Positions 1-8,850 of a stretch of 42,260 nucleotides of DNA are shown here, in pieces. This DNA is from Thermoplasmata archaeon. GTDB taxonomy: Archaea > Thermoplasmatota > SW-10-69-26 > JACQPN01 > JAJPHT01. The notes beneath the pieces are model-generated. The model worked only from the letters and a program-made list of their open reading frames with translations. It ran no database searches and was not told the origin of the DNA. Position 1 is the stretch's first letter. Each line of letters begins with the position of its first letter. Location: contig JAXDQU010000101.1 in assembly GCA_034667685.1 (NCBI GenBank), positions 1-42,260 on the forward strand. The letters run 5' to 3'. Both the position numbers and the translations under genes were made by a program.

Positions 1-120
1 AACCTGGTGTACCACGACGCCGCGCACCCCAGCGTGCTGACGCTGCCCACGTTGCCCGGCGAGCGCCCCGACGTGCCCCTGCCGGGTTGCGGGACGCTGA
101 TCCGTCAGAGCTGCGTGTGA
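1..120 (+). CDS. C-terminal end of a CocE/NonD-family hydrolase (truncated by window edge)
   Basis: Frame 1 reads NLVYHDAAHPSVLTLPTLPG...QSCV*; VYHDAxHPSxLxLP is the typical CocE/PepX C-terminal signature. Confidence 0.65.
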   Translation, partial: NLVYHDAAHPSVLTLPTLPGERPDVPLPGCGTLIRQSCV

Positions 121-518
121 GACGCCACGGGCCTGCTGCGCCGCCCCAACCGCCACGCGATCCCCGCCCCGAGAAGCAGCGGCACGCCCACGACCAGGTG
201 GGGCCCGCCGAACGAGAATCCGAACAGCACGGATTGGCCCACGTAGAGCGCGAGGCCGACGCCGTAGAGCCACACGAGGCCCCGAAGGATCCCCAGCGCC
301 GCGAGGGCGGGCCAGAGGACGAACAAGAGGAGGATCGCGCTGGCGGTGGCGCCGATGAACCCGGTGCGCCCCGCGGCCCCGTCCGGCGTGCGGGTCGCGT
401 AGCCGCTCCAGGTCAGGAAGAGGGAGAACGCGAGAGCGAAAAGGGTCGCGGCGCCCCCGAGCGCAAGGGCCGCCCGTGGCGTCTTGTGCTCAGGGCCCAC
501 GGTGGTCTCCGGGCTCAC
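105..518 (-). CDS. Small integral membrane protein (~4 TM), hypothetical
   Basis: GTG start overlaps the upstream TGA (GTGA at 515-518); four hydrophobic segments. Confidence 0.75.
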   Translation of the reverse strand: MSPETTVGPEHKTPRAALALGGAATLFALAFSLFLTWSGYATRTPDGAAGRTGFIGATASAILLLFVLWPALAALGILRGLVWLYGVGLALYVGQSVLFGFSFGGPHLVVGVPLLLGAGIAWRLGRRSRPVASHTQL

Positions 519-760
519 TCGAGCGGCCCGAGCGGCACGCAGTACTGGCAGGGCCAGTAGATCGGGTACTGGCACTGGTAGTAGCCGTACTGGTCCTGGG
601 AGTCCCCGATGCAGAGCATGTAGTTGCAGTTGTGCGTGATGACCGCGCTGCAGAACGCGGCGAGTTGGGGCGCCTGCGGCTGCGCGCCGGCGGCGGGGAG
701 GGCGAACGTGACGGCGCTGACCGCGAGGAGGAAGCCCGCGGCGACGAGGATGGCCTTCAT
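515..760 (-). CDS. Small secreted Cys-rich protein (81 aa, 6 Cys)
   Basis: MKAILVAAGFLLAVSAVTFALPAAGA signal peptide; mature part has C-x7-C-x4-C-x12-C-x7-C-x2-C. Confidence 0.75.
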   Translation of the reverse strand: MKAILVAAGFLLAVSAVTFALPAAGAQPQAPQLAAFCSAVITHNCNYMLCIGDSQDQYGYYQCQYPIYWPCQYCVPLGPLE

Positions 761-816
761 GCGCGGGCGCCACGCGCGTGGGATCGGATCGACCTTGCGC
801 CTGAGCCCCCGCGCGG

Positions 817-1044
817 CTACACGCTCGCGTTGGGCTGCGTGAGGTTGCAGGCGTGGTCCGAGCCGATCTGGCCGTTGCCCGTGCCCACGGTGTGGTTGCC
901 GGTGCACCCTTCGGAGGACGTGCCGAGGGGTCCGCTGGGCACGGTCGGCGTGGGCGTGGGCGCGGTCGACTCGCTCCCCTCGCGCGGCGTGAAGCAGCCG
1001 GCCGCGAGCAGGGCGAGAAGCGCCGCGAGGAGCGAGGCGCGCAT
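817..1044 (-). CDS. Small lipoprotein, Ser/Thr/Gly-rich
   Basis: MRASLLAALLALLAAGC lipobox; sequons NHT, NLT, NAS. Confidence 0.7.
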   Translation of the reverse strand: MRASLLAALLALLAAGCFTPREGSESTAPTPTPTVPSGPLGTSSEGCTGNHTVGTGNGQIGSDHACNLTQPNASV

Positions 1045-1141
1045 GGCCGCCCGTGGGACCTGCGCGGCATCGCGATTCCGGCCCGTTCCTCTCTGGCGGG
1101 ACACCCAAGCGTTGAAGGGGGCCCGAACGGGTCGAGCGTCG

Positions 1142-1564
1142 ATGATCGGTCGCGCCGCGCTCGTCCTTGCGCTGCTCGTGACCCCGCTCGCCGGCGCGTC
1201 GTGCGGGCCGGGGCTCTGCCAGACCGACGAAAAGGCGGGCCCCGGCAACTGCTACGGCTCCACGACGCGCTACGCCGAGGACCGCGCCACCGAAGCGGAC
1301 GCCGGCGCCGCCGACGCGCGCTTCGATGCCCGCTGCACGTACTGGACGTTGCCCCGCCACCAGGCGATCGTGTACGAGGTCGACCTGAGCGTCCCCGGCG
1401 CGGCGCGCATGGCGCTCGTCTGGAGCGGCAGCGACGGCGTCTGCACGCTCGCGCTCTCGGGCAACGTCGCCTTCGAGCAGGTCGGCCAGAAGGAAGGGTG
1501 CGCCAACGCGCTCGACCCGCCGTGGATCTACCAGCCCTCGCCCAACTACCCGCCGCTCCTGTAA
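1142..1564 (+). CDS. Secreted Cys-containing hypothetical protein (140 aa, 6 Cys)
   Basis: MIGRAALVLALLVTPLAGA signal peptide; host-like codon usage; TTGAA at -30 to -26. Confidence 0.7.
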   Translation: MIGRAALVLALLVTPLAGASCGPGLCQTDEKAGPGNCYGSTTRYAEDRATEADAGAADARFDARCTYWTLPRHQAIVYEVDLSVPGAARMALVWSGSDGVCTLALSGNVAFEQVGQKEGCANALDPPWIYQPSPNYPPLL

Positions 1565-1569
1565 CCCCG

Positions 1570-1843
1570 GCCTCAGCCTGTAGCCTTAGCCTCAGCCCTT
1601 AGCCTTAGCCTCAGCCCTTAGCCTCAGCCTCAGCCTGTAGCCTTAGCCTCAGCCCTTAGCCTCAGCCTCCATCCTTCCAGGCAAGAGGACACCGAGGAGC
1701 ACAGAGGAACAAGAAAAATCGCCTCTGTGACCTCTGTGTCCTCTGTGGCTGGAGGAGTCGAAGCTACAGGCTGAGGCTAAGGCTGAGGCTGAGGCCGAGG
1801 CCGAGGCCGAGGCTAAGGCTGAGGCTGAGGCTGAGGCTAAGGC
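1570..1843. repeat. Nested palindromic element: (GCCTCA/GCCTTA)n left arm and (TGAGGC/TAAGGC)n right arm enclosing a 78-nt hairpin
   Basis: About 16 hexa/heptamer units at 1570-1669, about 13 complementary units at 1765-1843, inner inverted repeat at 1676-1753. Confidence 0.9.
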
Positions 1844-1910
1844 GAGGGGGGAGAAGCTCCGGCCCCCGTACCAGAAGGATTGACGCGCCCGCTTGGCTTC
1901 TAGAGCCGCC

Positions 1911-2288
1911 TTGTCGACGCAGGATGCCCGGACCGGCGCCGCGGACCACGCGCGGCTGACCGGCTTCATGCACCGGATGCGCGCGGACCAGCGCACCGGC
2001 TTCCTCGCGCTGCGGGCGCTGGCGCTCTCGCTGGGCCCCGACGTCGTCGAGCGCGTCGATGGCACGGAGGTCACGTACATGCGGCGCGCGCGCCCCTTCG
2101 TCGGCGTGCGCACCGGCCGTGGCGCCCCCACGCTGGTCTTCCCGCCCGGGCTCCCGCTCGAAGATCCGATGGGGCGGCTGCTGCGGCACGGCGACGAGCG
2201 CTACGTCTCGCTCGACACGGCCGAGGCGCTCGACGCGCACGTGCAGGAGTTCGTGCGCAAGGCGTACGCGCTGCTCCCTAGGGCATAG
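1911..2288 (+). CDS. DUF5655/YdhG(DUF1801)-like small protein
   Basis: LRALALSLGPDVVE...YMRRARPF...LEDP...VQEFVRKAY pattern; start codon (TTG at 1893 or 1911) uncertain. Confidence 0.55.
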   Translation: MSTQDARTGAADHARLTGFMHRMRADQRTGFLALRALALSLGPDVVERVDGTEVTYMRRARPFVGVRTGRGAPTLVFPPGLPLEDPMGRLLRHGDERYVSLDTAEALDAHVQEFVRKAYALLPRA

Positions 2289-2493
2289 TCTGGTCGAGCA
2301 GCGAGCTCGCATTGCCTGGCGTCGCGTTGGAGAGCGGCGTCGTGCGCGTGTCGTTGCCGAAGATCGTCGTGTTGTTCGAGCCGTGCGTGCTCTCGCTGGG
2401 CGTGCCCTGCTGCTGCGCGCACCCCGCGACGGCGAGGGCGATGAGCAGGGCGAGGCCGAGCGTGGCGAAGGGGCGGGGCTCGGAGCGCGGCAT
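2278..2493 (-). CDS. Small lipoprotein rich in N-glycosylation sequons
   Basis: LGLALLIALAVAGC lipobox; NNT, NTT, NDT, NAT, NAS. Confidence 0.7.
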   Translation of the reverse strand: MPRSEPRPFATLGLALLIALAVAGCAQQQGTPSESTHGSNNTTIFGNDTRTTPLSNATPGNASSLLDQTMP

Positions 2494-2554
2494 CAGCGAC
2501 GGTTCCCGCGAGCGCCGCAAAGGATTGGTGGAGCAACGCTCGACGCCGGGCGGC

Positions 2555-2639
2555 CGACAGAACACGAAGGCACGAAGCCACGAAGCGCACAAAGGAAAGT
2601 TTCGTGCTCTTCGTGGCTTCGTGCCTTCGTGTTTTGTCG
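2555..2639. repeat. CACGAAG-repeat hairpin, copy 1
   Basis: 39-nt arms at 2555-2593 and 2601-2639 with 3 mismatches; near-identical to 16539-16615. Confidence 0.9.
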
Positions 2640-2653
2640 AGCGAGGTACGAGC

Positions 2654-3415
2654 CTATGTCATCCGCCGGAACGCCCACGTCCCCGCCACGAGAAACACGA
2701 GGCCCACGGCCACGAGCACGGTCGCGTCGAGCGCGTAGCTGAACGCCGACGGGCCCAGGAGCGCGGCGCGCAGCCCGTCGACCGCGTACGTCGCGGGGTT
2801 GAGGCGCGTGAGCACGGTGAGCCAGCGGGGCAGGTTGTCCACGGGGTAGAGCGCGCCGCTCAGGAAGAAGAGCGGGAAGACGACGAAGCTCACGATGAGC
2901 TGGAAGCCCTCGAAGCTCTCGAAGAAGCTGCCCAGGAAGAGGCCGATGCTCACGAAGAGGATCGAGAGCAGGAACGCGAAGAGGAGCGCGATGAGCGAGC
3001 CCACGAGCGTCGTGTGGAACCAGAAGAGGCCGACGATCAGCAGGAGCGCGGTCTGCGCGACGGCCTGCGTGCTGCCGCCGATCACCTTGCCGAAGAAGAT
3101 CGTGGTGCGCGACACGGGCGCCACGAGCACCTCCTTGAGCACGTCGAGGCGCTTGTCCCAGACGATGTTGAGGCCGTAGAACACGGTGCCGAAGAGGACG
3201 CCCATCGCGAGCACCCCTGGGAACATGAACTGCTCGTAGCTGAACTGCGCGTAGCGCGGATCGGTGAACTGCGTCGTGGCGCCGAAGCCCGTGCCGATCG
3301 CGGCGATGAGCAGGAAGGGCGTCACGACGGCGCTCACGATGCGCGGCTTCTCGCGCAGGAAGACCTTCATCTCGCGCAGCCAGAGCGCGTACATCGCCTG
3401 TGCCTCGTGGCCCAT
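2654..3415 (-). CDS. ABC-2 type (DrrB-like) transporter permease
   Basis: Multi-TM; FMFPGVLAM, LVAPVSR...GK, PLFFLSGALYP, NPATYAVDGLR motifs. Confidence 0.92.
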   Translation of the reverse strand: MGHEAQAMYALWLREMKVFLREKPRIVSAVVTPFLLIAAIGTGFGATTQFTDPRYAQFSYEQFMFPGVLAMGVLFGTVFYGLNIVWDKRLDVLKEVLVAPVSRTTIFFGKVIGGSTQAVAQTALLLIVGLFWFHTTLVGSLIALLFAFLLSILFVSIGLFLGSFFESFEGFQLIVSFVVFPLFFLSGALYPVDNLPRWLTVLTRLNPATYAVDGLRAALLGPSAFSYALDATVLVAVGLVFLVAGTWAFRRMT

Positions 3416-3419
3416 GATA

Positions 3420-4433
3420 TCAGCCCTGCCCTCTCGCGGCCACGTTCTGGTACTGCTCGAACCAGTCCTCGCCGCCCTCTTCGCGCAGCCCGCGCCCCGT
3501 GAAGTGCAGGAACACGTCCTCCAGGCGCGGCGTGCGGACCTCGATGTGGTCGACCTTGCCGGCGGCCTGCACGATCTCGGGGAGGTGGCTGCCGGCGTCC
3601 TCGACGGTGAGCGTCAGCGTGGCGCCCTTGCGCTCCGACTTGCGCACGACGGACAGCCGGGCGAGCCGCGCTTCGGCCTCGGGCGAGACGCCCGCGAGGA
3701 TCACGAGGTCGCCCCCCACGAGCGCCTTCAGCTCGCGCGGCGTGCCCAGCGCGACGATCTTGCCCTTGTCGATGATGGCGATGCGGTCGCAGAGCGAGTC
3801 CGCCTCCTCCATGTAGTGCGTGGTGAGGACGACCGTCGTCCCGCTCTCGTCGCGCAGCTTGCGGATGTATTCCCAGATGTGCTCGCGCGTCGCCGGGTCG
3901 AGGCCCAGCGTGGGCTCGTCGAGGAAGAGGACCTCCGGCCGATGGAAGAGGCCGCGCGCGATCTCCAGCCTGCGCTTCATGCCGCCGCTGAACTTCTTCA
4001 CGAGGTCGTCGGCGCGGTCGGCGAGCCCCACGAGGTCGAGCATCTCCTTCGTGCGGCCCGCCAGCTCCCCCGGGGGAACGCCGTAGAGCCGGCCGTGCAG
4101 CATGAGGTTCTCGCGAGCTGATAGCAAAGTGTCCAGGCTGGGCTCCTGGAAGACGATGCCCACGTGCCGGCGCACCGCGTCCGGGTCGTCGCGCACGTCG
4201 ATCCCGGCGACGCGCGCCCAGCCGCCGGTGGGGCGCTTGATGGTGACGAGCATCGAGAGCGTCGTGGTCTTGCCGGCGCCGTTGGGGCCCAGGAGGCCGA
4301 AGATCTCGCCCTTCGTGATCGCGAGGTCGATGCCGTCGACGGCCTTGACGCCCTTGGGCTTGCCGCGCTTGTCCTGCTGCTCGGGCTTCCCGTACCAGAG
4401 CCTCAGGTCCTTCGCCTCAATTACGTCGCTCAT
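3420..4433 (-). CDS. ABC transporter ATP-binding protein (DrrA-like)
   Basis: Walker A GPNGAGKT, signature FSGGMKRR, Walker B LFLDEPT, H-loop TTHY; ATGA overlap with the MFS stop. Confidence 0.95.
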   Translation of the reverse strand: MSDVIEAKDLRLWYGKPEQQDKRGKPKGVKAVDGIDLAITKGEIFGLLGPNGAGKTTTLSMLVTIKRPTGGWARVAGIDVRDDPDAVRRHVGIVFQEPSLDTLLSARENLMLHGRLYGVPPGELAGRTKEMLDLVGLADRADDLVKKFSGGMKRRLEIARGLFHRPEVLFLDEPTLGLDPATREHIWEYIRKLRDESGTTVVLTTHYMEEADSLCDRIAIIDKGKIVALGTPRELKALVGGDLVILAGVSPEAEARLARLSVVRKSERKGATLTLTVEDAGSHLPEIVQAAGKVDHIEVRTPRLEDVFLHFTGRGLREEGGEDWFEQYQNVAARGQG

Positions 4434-5695
4434 GGGGGCGAGGCCTCCGCGCGCGGGACGCGCTGGCGCCCTTGCAGGTAGTAAGCGAGCACGAGCGCGA
4501 AGAGCAGGGCCGCCATCGCGGCGAAGAAGACGACGATGATGCGCCCGCCCAGCGCGTACGCGGCGTCGAACGTCGCGATGAAGCCCACGACGGGCGGGCC
4601 GAGGATGAAGCCCAGCGAGAGCGTGAGGGCGTAGGCGCTCATGGCGCCCCCCTGCTCGCCGCCGCTGGCGTGGTCGGCGATGCTCGCGAGTCCCGCGGGC
4701 GCGAAGGCCAACGCGCTGAAGAGGAAGACGGCCAGGAGCACGCGGTGCGACAGGACGGCGTCGAAGACGACCTTGCTGTCGGTGCTCTGCGAGCTGAAGA
4801 AGCCCCACACGACGGTGGCCATCAGCAGCGTGAGACCCGCCGCGCCCACGAGCATGATGACGTCGCGCCCCACGCGGTCGGCGAGCCAGCCCCAGAAGAG
4901 CTGCGCGAAGACCAGGAGACCGCCCACGGTGAGGACGACGAGCGCGGTGTAGACGCCGCTCAATTCCAGCGTGCCTTGCGTGACGCGCGGGACGAACGCG
5001 AGGAAGGCGGCCACCAGCATCCACACGATGAGCCAGGGGAGCGTCAGCAGGAGGATCGCGCGGTCGCGCAGCGTGCTCAGCGTCGCGCTGAGCTTGGGCG
5101 TCTCGGGCTCCGCGACGCGCTCCTCCTCGGGGAGCTTGATGACGCGGTTCGCGTAGAGCAGGCCCGTCGTCGCCAGCACGCCTGAGATCACGAACGTGTA
5201 CTCCAGCTGCCCCTTGAACGCCTCGGAGAGCAGGAAGCCCGCGACGTAGCCCACGAGCAGGCCGAAGATGTTGACGAAGTTGAAGATGCCCATCTCGCGG
5301 CCGCGGTGCTCGCGCTGCGCGTAGGTGGCGATGACGGCGAGCGTCGTGACGAGGATGAAGCCCGAGGCGATGCCGTGCAGCATGTAGATCATGCCCAGGA
5401 GCAGCGGCTGCGTCGTGAGCGCGAGGCCGTAGAGCGCGACGGCGCCCAGCGCCAGCCCCGTGAGCAGGATGCCCTTGCGTCCGTAGCGCGCGATGAACCA
5501 CGGCGCGAAGAAGATCGTGACCAATTCGAGCAGCGGCGAGGAGGCGCTCAAGAGGCCCAGCGTGGTCGAGCCCCCCTTCACGTAGAGCGGGAACGTGACG
5601 AGCACGACGCCGAACGCGACGCGGATCAGGAAGAGCGCCGCGTAGACGGCGGTCAGCATGCGCACGTAGGCGCCGCGCTCCATGACCACCGCCAT
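4430..5695 (-). CDS. MFS transporter
   Basis: About 12 TM; motif A-like ARYGRK and GWLADRVGR. Confidence 0.9.
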   Translation of the reverse strand: MAVVMERGAYVRMLTAVYAALFLIRVAFGVVLVTFPLYVKGGSTTLGLLSASSPLLELVTIFFAPWFIARYGRKGILLTGLALGAVALYGLALTTQPLLLGMIYMLHGIASGFILVTTLAVIATYAQREHRGREMGIFNFVNIFGLLVGYVAGFLLSEAFKGQLEYTFVISGVLATTGLLYANRVIKLPEEERVAEPETPKLSATLSTLRDRAILLLTLPWLIVWMLVAAFLAFVPRVTQGTLELSGVYTALVVLTVGGLLVFAQLFWGWLADRVGRDVIMLVGAAGLTLLMATVVWGFFSSQSTDSKVVFDAVLSHRVLLAVFLFSALAFAPAGLASIADHASGGEQGGAMSAYALTLSLGFILGPPVVGFIATFDAAYALGGRIIVVFFAAMAALLFALVLAYYLQGRQRVPRAEASPP

Positions 5696-5747
5696 CGGTG
5701 CCGCCCAACCCTGGGTCGCGCTTCAATGCTCGCTTCCTTCCAGATGA

Positions 5748-5813
5748 TCGGGGCTCTGGACTCCAGACTCAGGGCTCCGGAGCCCCGAGCCCTGAGTCCA
5801 GAGCCCCGAGCCC
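5748..5813. repeat. Heptamer-repeat hairpin (GGGCTCN / AGCCCNG) between divergent genes
   Basis: TCGGGGCTCTGGACTC (5748-5763) is the perfect reverse complement of 5794-5809; 7-nt periodicity. Confidence 0.8.
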
Positions 5814-5834
5814 ACGGCCGCGCGAGGGGCGCAC

Positions 5835-5841
5835 TATTTAT
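5835..5841 (+). promoter_or_regulatory. Archaeal TATA box, probably leaderless mRNA
   Basis: TATTTAT in a very GC-rich background, centred about 28 nt before ATG 5866. Confidence 0.6.
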
Positions 5842-5865
5842 CGACGCCTGCCGATCGGCGCCCCG

Positions 5866-6561
5866 ATGACCATCAAGGATCGCATGGCCGAGAAGATGGC
5901 CGGCGAGATCACGCTCTCGCGCGAGCCGGGGCCGACGATCCGGAAGTGGCGCGAGATCTTCCAGTCCAGCCAGACGGAGCTGGCCGAGTTCCTGGGCGTC
6001 TCCCCCTCGGTCATCAGCGACTACGAGTCGGGCCGGCGCAAGTCGCCCGGAACGCTCACCGTCCAAAGGATCGTCAAGGGGCTGCTGGCGATCGACGAGG
6101 AGCGCGGCAACCGCGTGCTGCGCAACTACCAGTCGATGATGGAGACCAACGAGGCGATCCTCGACATCCGCGAGCTGCTGATCCCCGTCCCGATGGCGAA
6201 GTTCGTGCAGGCCATCGAGGGGGAGGTGCTGGCGAACGAGGAGAACGTGGGCAAGCACGAGCTGAAGGGCTACACGGTCATCGATTCCGTGAAGGCCATC
6301 ACGAGCCTGACCGCCTTCGAGTATACCAAGATCTACGGCTGGACCTCGGAGCGCGCCCTCATCTTCACGGGCATCAGCACGGGCCGGAGCCCGATGGTCG
6401 CGATCCGCGTCCACCCGATGAAGCCCGCGCTGATCGTCTACCACCGCCCCGAGAAGATGGACGACCTCGCCCTGCGCCTGGCCCGGACGGAGACCATTCC
6501 GCTCGTGGTCACGCGGATGCCCCTCGACAAGATGATTGAAGTGCTCCGAGAGATTGGCTAG
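5866..6561 (+). CDS. Archaeal XRE-HTH transcriptional regulator (COG1709-like)
   Basis: AGEITLS.EPG.TIRKWRE.F..SQ.ELA..LGVSPSVISDYESGRRKSPG; YGWTSERALIFTG.STGRSPMVAIRV. Confidence 0.9.
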   Translation: MTIKDRMAEKMAGEITLSREPGPTIRKWREIFQSSQTELAEFLGVSPSVISDYESGRRKSPGTLTVQRIVKGLLAIDEERGNRVLRNYQSMMETNEAILDIRELLIPVPMAKFVQAIEGEVLANEENVGKHELKGYTVIDSVKAITSLTAFEYTKIYGWTSERALIFTGISTGRSPMVAIRVHPMKPALIVYHRPEKMDDLALRLARTETIPLVVTRMPLDKMIEVLREIG

Positions 6562-6565
6562 CTCC

Positions 6566-7306
6566 GTGCGAGCGTGGGCCCTTCTGGTGGGCGTCCTCCT
6601 GCTGGCCCCCGTGGCCGCGGCGGGGACCGAGGCGAATCCGGACATCAGCGACGTCCCGAACGCGAACATCCGGGACGGAGCGCTCGACTTCCTGTCGGCC
6701 TGGTTCGAGCCGCACCCCACCGGCCTGGGCATCACGGTGAAGGTCCGCGAGGGGACGACGCTCGCCAGCGGCGACGGCTGGGCCGTGGGGTTCGACATGG
6801 GCGGCGTCCGCCACGTCATGCTGCTGGGCGTCGACGACCAGGGCCGGCTCCGGAGCTGCGCCTGCGTGATGGGCGGCCTGAGGACCCCGGCCAGCGCGTT
6901 CCCCGACGACCTCCAGGACGTGACGTTCCACGCCGGCAAGCCCGCGACCTTCACGGCGCTCGTCCCCTACAAGGCGGTGCCTGGCCTCCAGCCCGGCGCG
7001 GTGCTGGAGAACGTCGGCGCGGGGAGCGAGCAGTACTCCGCCTCGCGCGGCTGGCTCGACTACGACACCAGCTCGGCCATCGACGGCTACGCGGTGCAGC
7101 GCGCCTTCCTGCCCCCCGCGGTCAGCGCGGCGCTCCCCTTCGTCGTGGGCGGGCTCGCGCTGGTCGCCGTGGGCGCGGGCGCCACGGTCCTCGTGCTCCG
7201 CCGCCGCGCGCAGCCGCCTCCGCCCGCCGCCGCGCCCCCCTCCGCGACGCTCACGCCCACCGAGCCGCCCCTCCCAGGTCGCATGATCCTGCGCCCGCCG
7301 CGATAG
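6566..7306 (+). CDS. Secreted, C-terminally membrane-anchored hypothetical protein
   Basis: Signal peptide ending VAAA; C-terminal TM followed by RRR and a Pro-rich tail; GTG start inferred. Confidence 0.7.
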   Translation: MRAWALLVGVLLLAPVAAAGTEANPDISDVPNANIRDGALDFLSAWFEPHPTGLGITVKVREGTTLASGDGWAVGFDMGGVRHVMLLGVDDQGRLRSCACVMGGLRTPASAFPDDLQDVTFHAGKPATFTALVPYKAVPGLQPGAVLENVGAGSEQYSASRGWLDYDTSSAIDGYAVQRAFLPPAVSAALPFVVGGLALVAVGAGATVLVLRRRAQPPPPAAAPPSATLTPTEPPLPGRMILRPPR

Positions 7307-7357
7307 CCCGTCGATTTTCGACGCCCGCCGATGGACCCGACCGTTTCACCCGGCACC

Positions 7358-7362
7358 TATAA
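7358..7362 (+). promoter_or_regulatory. TATA box of the HMG-CoA synthase operon
   Basis: TATAA at -30 to -26 relative to ATG 7388. Confidence 0.55.
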
Positions 7363-7387
7363 GGCGGGAACTTGCCTAGCGCGGCGC

Positions 7388-8452
7388 ATGCCGGAGCCGG
7401 TTGTGGGGATCGTCAGCTACGGCGCTTCGATCCCCCGCTACCGCATCCGCAGCGAGGAGATCGCGCGGGTGTGGGGCGAGGACCCCGAGTCGATCAAGAA
7501 GGGGCTGGGCGTCTTCGAGAAGAGCGTCCCCGCGCCCGACCAGGACACGACGACGCTCTCCGTCGACGCCGCGCGCCAGGCCCTCGTCCGCGGCCGCGTG
7601 GACGCGACGACCATCGGCGCGATCTACGTCGGCTCCGAGTCGCACGTCTACGCCGTGAAGCCGACCGCCACCATCGTCAGCGAGGCCATCGACTGCGACC
7701 CGCACATGACGGCGGCGGACTTCGAGTTCGCCTGCAAGGCGGGCACCGCGGCGATCCAGGCGAGCATGGGGCTCGTGAAGAGCGGCTACATCCGCAACGC
7801 GCTCGCCATCGGCGCGGACACGAGCCAGGGCGCCCCGGGCGACGCGCTCGAGTACAGCGCCAGCGCGGGCGCGGCGGCCTTCGTCATCGGCTCGAAGGAC
7901 GTCGTCGCGCGCCTCGACCACACGACCTCCTACACCACCGACACGCCCGACTTCTGGCGCCGCGAAGGCCAGCGCTACCCGACGCACGGGGGCCGCTTCA
8001 CCGGCGAGCCGGCGTACTTCCGCCACGTGCGCGAGGCGAGCGAGTCGCTCTTCCGCCAGGCGGGCACGAGCGCGAAGGACTACCGCTACGCCGTGGTCCA
8101 CCAGCCCAACGGCAAGTTCCCGGTGCGCATCTGCGAGAAGATGGGGTTCACCTCCGAGCAGTACAAGACCGGCCTGCTCACGCCGATGATCGGCAACACG
8201 TACAGCGGCTCCTCGGTGATCGGCCTCGCGGCGATCCTGGACGAGGCCGCGCCGGGCGACCGCATCTTCCTGTGCGCGTACGGCAGCGGCGCGGGCGCCG
8301 ACGCCTTTGACATCACCGTCACCGACGCCATCACGCGGCTCGACCGCGCCGGCACGCCCAGCGTGCAGGACCTCGTGGCCGACAAGGAGTACGTCGACTA
8401 CGCGACGTACGCGAAGTACCGTGGGAAAATCCAGAAAGGGGCTTCCGCTTGA
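7388..8452 (+). CDS. Hydroxymethylglutaryl-CoA synthase, archaeal type
   Basis: GSES (Glu), [10 protein letters not shown] (Cys), HQPNGKFP (His), [21 protein letters not shown]. Confidence 0.95.
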   Translation: MPEPVVGIVSYGASIPRYRIRSEEIARVWGEDPESIKKGLGVFEKSVPAPDQDTTTLSVDAARQALVRGRVDATTIGAIYVGSESHVYAVKPTATIVSEAIDCDPHMTAADFEFACKAGTAAIQASMGLVKSGYIRNALAIGADTSQGAPGDALEYSASAGAAAFVIGSKDVVARLDHTTSYTTDTPDFWRREGQRYPTHGGRFTGEPAYFRHVREASESLFRQAGTSAKDYRYAVVHQPNGKFPVRICEKMGFTSEQYKTGLLTPMIGNTYSGSSVIGLAAILDEAAPGDRIFLCAYGSGAGADAFDITVTDAITRLDRAGTPSVQDLVADKEYVDYATYAKYRGKIQKGASA

Positions 8453-8850
8453 CCGAGTTCACTCCCGACGTTCCCTTCCCCGCGTCCAAGAAGGGCGCGC
8501 CCAAGATCGAGACCGTGGACGCGCCGCTCTCCAAGGGGGAGTTCTTCGCCGCGGGCCGCGCCCACGTGGACGCCCGCCGCGAGCACCTCGCCCGCATGGG
8601 CATGGACGCGCGCCACGTCGACGCGCTGCGCATGCCCGCCGCCGAGGCGCCCCGCGCGCCGCCCGTGCACGCGGACGCGCTCCCCGAGCCGAACAACGCC
8701 ACCGGCGTCCGCAAGCGCCCCGCGCTGGCCGGCGTGGACTTCGGGATCGGCGGCGAGAGCGACGACGACCCGCAGGTCGGCGGAGCGGCCGGCCGGCGAT
8801 ACCGAGCGGCCGACGCGGTCGGCCAGATCGACGTCGGTGACCGGCAGTGA
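8449..8850 (+). CDS. Hypothetical 133-aa protein inserted between HMG-CoA synthase and thiolase
   Basis: TTGA overlap with the synthase stop and GTGA overlap with the thiolase start; strong GC3 codon bias. Confidence 0.7.
   Translation: MTEFTPDVPFPASKKGAPKIETVDAPLSKGEFFAAGRAHVDARREHLARMGMDARHVDALRMPAAEAPRAPPVHADALPEPNNATGVRKRPALAGVDFGIGGESDDDPQVGGAAGRRYRAADAVGQIDVGDRQ

Noticed and set aside
1649-2312. ORFs containing ASASAS or LSLSLS tracts (1649-2131, 1764-2312)
   Set aside because: Translations of the hexamer repeat arms, antisense to a better-supported gene.
2555-2639. CACGAAG and CACAGAGG repeats as CRISPR arrays
   Set aside because: Units are 8-9 nt with no unique spacers, arranged as inverted arms; no cas genes.
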